From the NCBI GenBank assembly GCA_052055015.1, contig JBQJIT010000055.1: a stretch of 40,028 nucleotides of DNA; one strand, 5' to 3'. This document shows positions 36,630 to 40,028 of the stretch, one piece after another. Every line of letters begins with the position of its first letter. Positions within the stretch are counted from its first letter, which is position 1. Source of the DNA: Malassezia furfur (Eukaryota). The notes under the pieces are model-generated. The model made no database searches and was not told the origin of the DNA. It was given only the letters and a program-made list of their open reading frames with translations. Both the position numbers and the translations under genes were made by a program.

Positions 36630-39600
36630 TTACTGCACTAGTTCTACATAGTTGGATGGTACCATCAGGCAGTGTGCGCCGCGCGCAATCAGCCACCAGT
36701 CAGGGTCGGACTGGTCCACGATCGCAAGCGTTTCGCCCTCAGTGATGCTGGCTTCCTCGTCGGACGCCGCTTCGTAGTCGTACAGTGCCGTGGCCGCGAT
36801 TGTTTGGTTCATGGGCACGACATATGCCGCAGGGATTAGGCCCTTACGTTCAGGCAAGGCAACCCATGCGCCCCAGGTCCAGTCGCCTTCGATGTCGGCG
36901 CCCGTCAACGTAGAATGTACCACAAAGATCTGGTTTGCTTCGAATGATAGCGATTCCACGCCATCGCCTTCGAAGGGATACACGCTGCGCACATGGAAGG
37001 TGCGCGTCATGTCGAAGCCCAGATCCGCATCGGGCTGCGCCGCTGCCTCGGTTGCAGGGGACCCGGCGATCGCCGTCGCGGACGGCGCTTCGTTGTATCC
37101 ACTCGCCTCGGGCGCCGCCTCGCTCGGATCGTCAAACGCCCCGGGGACATGCGGCGGTTCAGCAGACTCGGGCCCTCCCTCGTCGTCGCTTGACTCCGGC
37201 TCGGGCAGCGACACGGTCGATAGGCCCTTGGGCGGCGATGCCGATCCCAACACGGCCCCGGCTCCGGGCGCGCCGGACCGGTCGCGCGTTTGGGTCTTGC
37301 GCAGCGATTGCCCGCCCCGAATCTGCGACAGGAGCGCATTACGGTCGGCCGGTCCCGCATTTCCGCCTAGCGGCGCCGACGGCGCTTTGGGCGCAGAAGG
37401 TATTGCCGAAGCCGCCGGGGCCGGGGCCGCGGGCGGCGCAGGCGCCGGCGGAGGCGTTGGCGCCACTGGCACGTCGCTTGTGGGCACCACACCGCTAAAC
37501 AGCTGCTGCGCGAGGTGCTGCCTCGTTGCGCGCGAGCTCAAGCCCGGCTCTTCGTCGTCTTCCTCCTCCTCATCCCAGTCGTCGTCGTTAGCCGGTGGAA
37601 GGTGGACGCCGCTCCGCGACGCAGGTGCACTGGACGTGTTACTACGTTGTGCAGGTGGCAGCGCCGGACCAGGTTGCGGTGCGCGTGACGGCGGTGCCGA
37701 TGGGGCCGGAGCTGGCGGGGCCGGCGCGGGCGGCGCGGGCGGCGCTTCGTCGGCCTGGGGGGTGCGGAAGAAGGGGTTGGTATTGCGTTTTTCAGCCGCC
37801 GGTACCGGCGCAGGCGCAGGCGCTGGAGGTTCCACAGGCGCTGGAGGTGCAGGAGGTACAGGGGCGGGCGCTGGCTCCCAGTCGTCGTCGGACGGCGCTT
37901 CACGGGGCGCTGCTGGCGGCGGTGCCGTACGCGGCGGCGCACGAGGTGGTGCGGCCGGGGCCGTGCGCGGTGCCGGGGCCCGCGACGGCGGCGGAAGACG
38001 CGGCGACGTGTGCTCATCGTGCGTCTGAGCCGCCGTGGCCGGCGGCGCAGGCGGCGGCGGAGCCGACGTGGCCGATGGCGTTGCGGGTGCCTCTGCCTCC
38101 ACCCGTTCGGCGGGCAACGTCGGCACCGGCGCACGGCCTGTCTTTTGCTCGCGCATCCGCGCGCGCCGCGCCTCTTCGCGCGCGGCCGCTTCACGGTCGG
38201 CCTCGGCCGCGCGCGCCTCGGCCTCGCGTTTTTCGGCTTGGAGACGCTCCTCCACCGATACGTCCACGGATGGCGACGCATCGCCGGCCGGGCGACCCCC
38301 GACGCCAAGCAGGCGCATGCGCTCCTGCACGCGGCGCTGTGCCTCGGCGCGGATCCACGCATCGCGCTCGGCGCCCGTGAGTTTGGGCGGCACCGCGGAC
38401 GCGGGCGTCGTGGCAGGTGGTGCCGTGGCCGGCGGCGGAGGCGGCACGGCACTCGGCGTTGGCGCCGCGTCCGGCTTGGGCGACGCCGCAACGGGTAGCT
38501 CGGGCGTGTCACGGAGATGGCCATGGCGGTCATTGTTGCGTGCATCGCGCTGGCGGCTCTCTTCGACACGGCGTTCGTGTGCGGAGGCCTGCCGGCGTTC
38601 GATCCGCTTTTCAAGCGAGGGCAAGCGCTCGTGGAGGAGCTGCATCAGCGTGCGCTCGGCCTTGCGTCGCTGCTCGTTGGCATGCGACCCTTCGCGGCGG
38701 TTGTAGTACTCGATGTCGTCCTGGAGCCGGCGGATCTGGTACCGCACGTCCTCCATCTCGCGGTCGAGCTCGTGATCCTCCTCGTCGTCGAGCTGGGTGT
38801 TTTCCAGCATGCGCTGCGTCCGCTCAAGCTGGCGGCGCATCTCGCCGAGGTCCTCGGCCGCACTTTGGCCCTCATAGCGCACTTGGCGCCGGTCAAGGTA
38901 CCGGCTGCGGCTGCGGTACCCAGCCGAGTCGGAGTCGTTGTGCTTGTACGCCACAGCATCGCTCTGCTTCTGTACGGGCTCGCGCTCCACCGGGTTGCGG
39001 TAAAAGGAGCGCGTCTCGGCATACTTGCTGTCCTTGTTTGAGCCCGGCTCGGGCAGCTGCAGTGCTGTGGCATTGCGCACGCTCGTGTCCTGCTTGAGCA
39101 GGTCCTTGAGGAAGTCGACCGACTCGCTCAGATCGCGCGACGACGTCGGTACAAGCTCCGGTGGCAGCTCGTTGGGCAACTCGTTGCCGTTCAGCGCGCG
39201 GTAGATCAGTGCCATGGCCACGTGGAACTCTGCAAGGTTCAGTTTGCCGCGGTTCTCGGTATCGGCGAGGTGCCACACCTGCAGCAGCTTCTCGCGGTCC
39301 AGTCCGCTCTGGCCAAATAGCTCGCGGGCAACATCCCCCGAGATGAACCCGGTGCGCTTCGCGTCCCAGGCACGGAAGATGTTATCGTACGACTTTTTCT
39401 CTTCCTTGCTGAGCGTCCAGGGGATTTTGGGCTTCGGCTTCATGCCATCTGCACCCGTCGGCTGCGCCGTCATGGTCTGCAGCGTCGACTGGAACTGTGC
39501 AGGCTGTAAGCTCGCCTGGTGGAAGTTCATACTGCTCGGCGCCGGCGCGCCGCTATACGGCTGAGCGGCCGGTAGAAACTGGGTGTACATAAGACGCATG

Positions 39601-40022
39601 CGCGGATCGTTCAAAACGCCAGTCATCTGCGGCATCATTCCCGTTGACTGAGGCATCATGCCCGTTGCCTGCGGCATCATGCTTGTGGCCTGCGGCATCA
39701 TTGGCGATGGTCGTGCGCCGGTCGGCTGCGATAACATCGGCGACATGCCGGTCATTTGGGGGGGCATCCCAGGCATCGGAGATGGCATCCCCGTCATCTG
39801 CTGCGGCATTCCCGTCGCTTGCGGCGGCATCCCAGCGCCCATCGGCGGCGGCGGCGGTGCCGGCGGACGTGCAACAAAGGACGCCTGGCCCGAAGCGCCG
39901 CTGCTATACCCGGGCGCCATGCCATTCATGGACGTGAGCTGTGGCTGCATGTATCCCCCCGTGAACTGCGGGGTCTGGTACCCGCCATAGTTGGGCGGCG
40001 CACCGCCCGGCCACTGGTTCAT
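36630..40022 (-). CDS. PAN1: Pan1/intersectin-like (Cin1-type) endocytic scaffold: QxTG repeats, EH, coiled coil, Pro-rich, WH2, 2x SH3, 1130 aa
   Basis: QxTG repeats, EH domain IPWTLSKEEKKSYDNIF..GFISGDVARELFGQSGL..VWHLAD..GKLNLAEFHVAM, NPF, DDDW acidic motifs, WH2 DRNALLSQIRGGQSLRKT (37293-37346) and two C-terminal SH3 domains. The ATG lies 6 nt from the window edge, so an upstream exon cannot be excluded. Confidence 0.85.
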   Translation of the reverse strand: MNQWPGGAPPNYGGYQTPQFTGGYMQPQLTSMNGMAPGYSSGASGQASFVARPPAPPPPPMGAGMPPQATGMPQQMTGMPSPMPGMPPQMTGMSPMLSQPTGARPSPMMPQATSMMPQATGMMPQSTGMMPQMTGVLNDPRMRLMYTQFLPAAQPYSGAPAPSSMNFHQASLQPAQFQSTLQTMTAQPTGADGMKPKPKIPWTLSKEEKKSYDNIFRAWDAKRTGFISGDVARELFGQSGLDREKLLQVWHLADTENRGKLNLAEFHVAMALIYRALNGNELPNELPPELVPTSSRDLSESVDFLKDLLKQDTSVRNATALQLPEPGSNKDSKYAETRSFYRNPVEREPVQKQSDAVAYKHNDSDSAGYRSRSRYLDRRQVRYEGQSAAEDLGEMRRQLERTQRMLENTQLDDEEDHELDREMEDVRYQIRRLQDDIEYYNRREGSHANEQRRKAERTLMQLLHERLPSLEKRIERRQASAHERRVEESRQRDARNNDRHGHLRDTPELPVAASPKPDAAPTPSAVPPPPPATAPPATTPASAVPPKLTGAERDAWIRAEAQRRVQERMRLLGVGGRPAGDASPSVDVSVEERLQAEKREAEARAAEADREAAAREEARRARMREQKTGRAPVPTLPAERVEAEAPATPSATSAPPPPAPPATAAQTHDEHTSPRLPPPSRAPAPRTAPAAPPRAPPRTAPPPAAPREAPSDDDWEPAPAPVPPAPPAPVEPPAPAPAPVPAAEKRNTNPFFRTPQADEAPPAPPAPAPPAPAPSAPPSRAPQPGPALPPAQRSNTSSAPASRSGVHLPPANDDDWDEEEEDDEEPGLSSRATRQHLAQQLFSGVVPTSDVPVAPTPPPAPAPPAAPAPAASAIPSAPKAPSAPLGGNAGPADRNALLSQIRGGQSLRKTQTRDRSGAPGAGAVLGSASPPKGLSTVSLPEPESSDDEGGPESAEPPHVPGAFDDPSEAAPEASGYNEAPSATAIAGSPATEAAAQPDADLGFDMTRTFHVRSVYPFEGDGVESLSFEANQIFVVHSTLTGADIEGDWTWGAWVALPERKGLIPAAYVVPMNQTIAATALYDYEAASDEEASITEGETLAIVDQSDPDWWLIARGAHCLMVPSNYVELVQ
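39618..39701 (-). repeat. Coding minisatellite, 4 x 21 bp (MMPQxT[G/S])
   Basis: Units 39618-39638, 39639-39659, 39660-39680 and 39681-39701 each end in GGCATCAT on the + strand. They encode MMPQATS MMPQATG MMPQSTG MMPQMTG. Confidence 0.9.
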
Positions 40023-40028
40023 CGGATA

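Noticed and set aside
39618..39701. 21-bp tandem repeats as a CRISPR-like or mobile array
   Set aside because: No spacers; they are in-frame coding QxTG repeats typical of Pan1-family proteins in a eukaryote.

Overview
Eukaryotic, fungal sequence, not prokaryotic. It is an extremely compact, GC-rich basidiomycete-yeast chromosome segment; gene density, tiny introns and protein similarity suggest Malassezia or a close relative (inference). I reconstructed 24 protein-coding genes by hand plus one intron-containing tRNA (probably Arg-TCG). The genes are URB1 (5'-partial), UBP8, an HSL-family esterase, GPI2, SFP1-like, GLO1, TYS1, p24, MCT1-like, an ENT/FUN26 transporter, the complex I 9.5-kDa subunit, WetA/Esc1-like, FMC1, SEC13, PRP43, GST, NUP85, RPL23, FOL2, a soluble cytochrome b5, KIN1/2, CCT6, WDR48/DUF1 and PAN1/CIN1-like. 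Only about 3.9 kb of the 40 kb is intergenic. The most striking signal is splicing architecture: 32 inferred spliceosomal introns with median 26 nt and minimum 21 nt, mostly GTACGT...CTNAC-N-YAG, which the ORF track fragments. Other points of interest are an MCT1/FabD homolog with GHGSG in place of the catalytic GHSxG, an anchorless cytochrome b5 ending in the peroxisomal signal SKL, tandem genes only 51-100 nt apart, and recurrent CACGTG boxes in the miniature promoters. No mobile elements, CRISPR arrays or rRNA were seen. All gene identities come from recognising motifs by eye, not from database searches.
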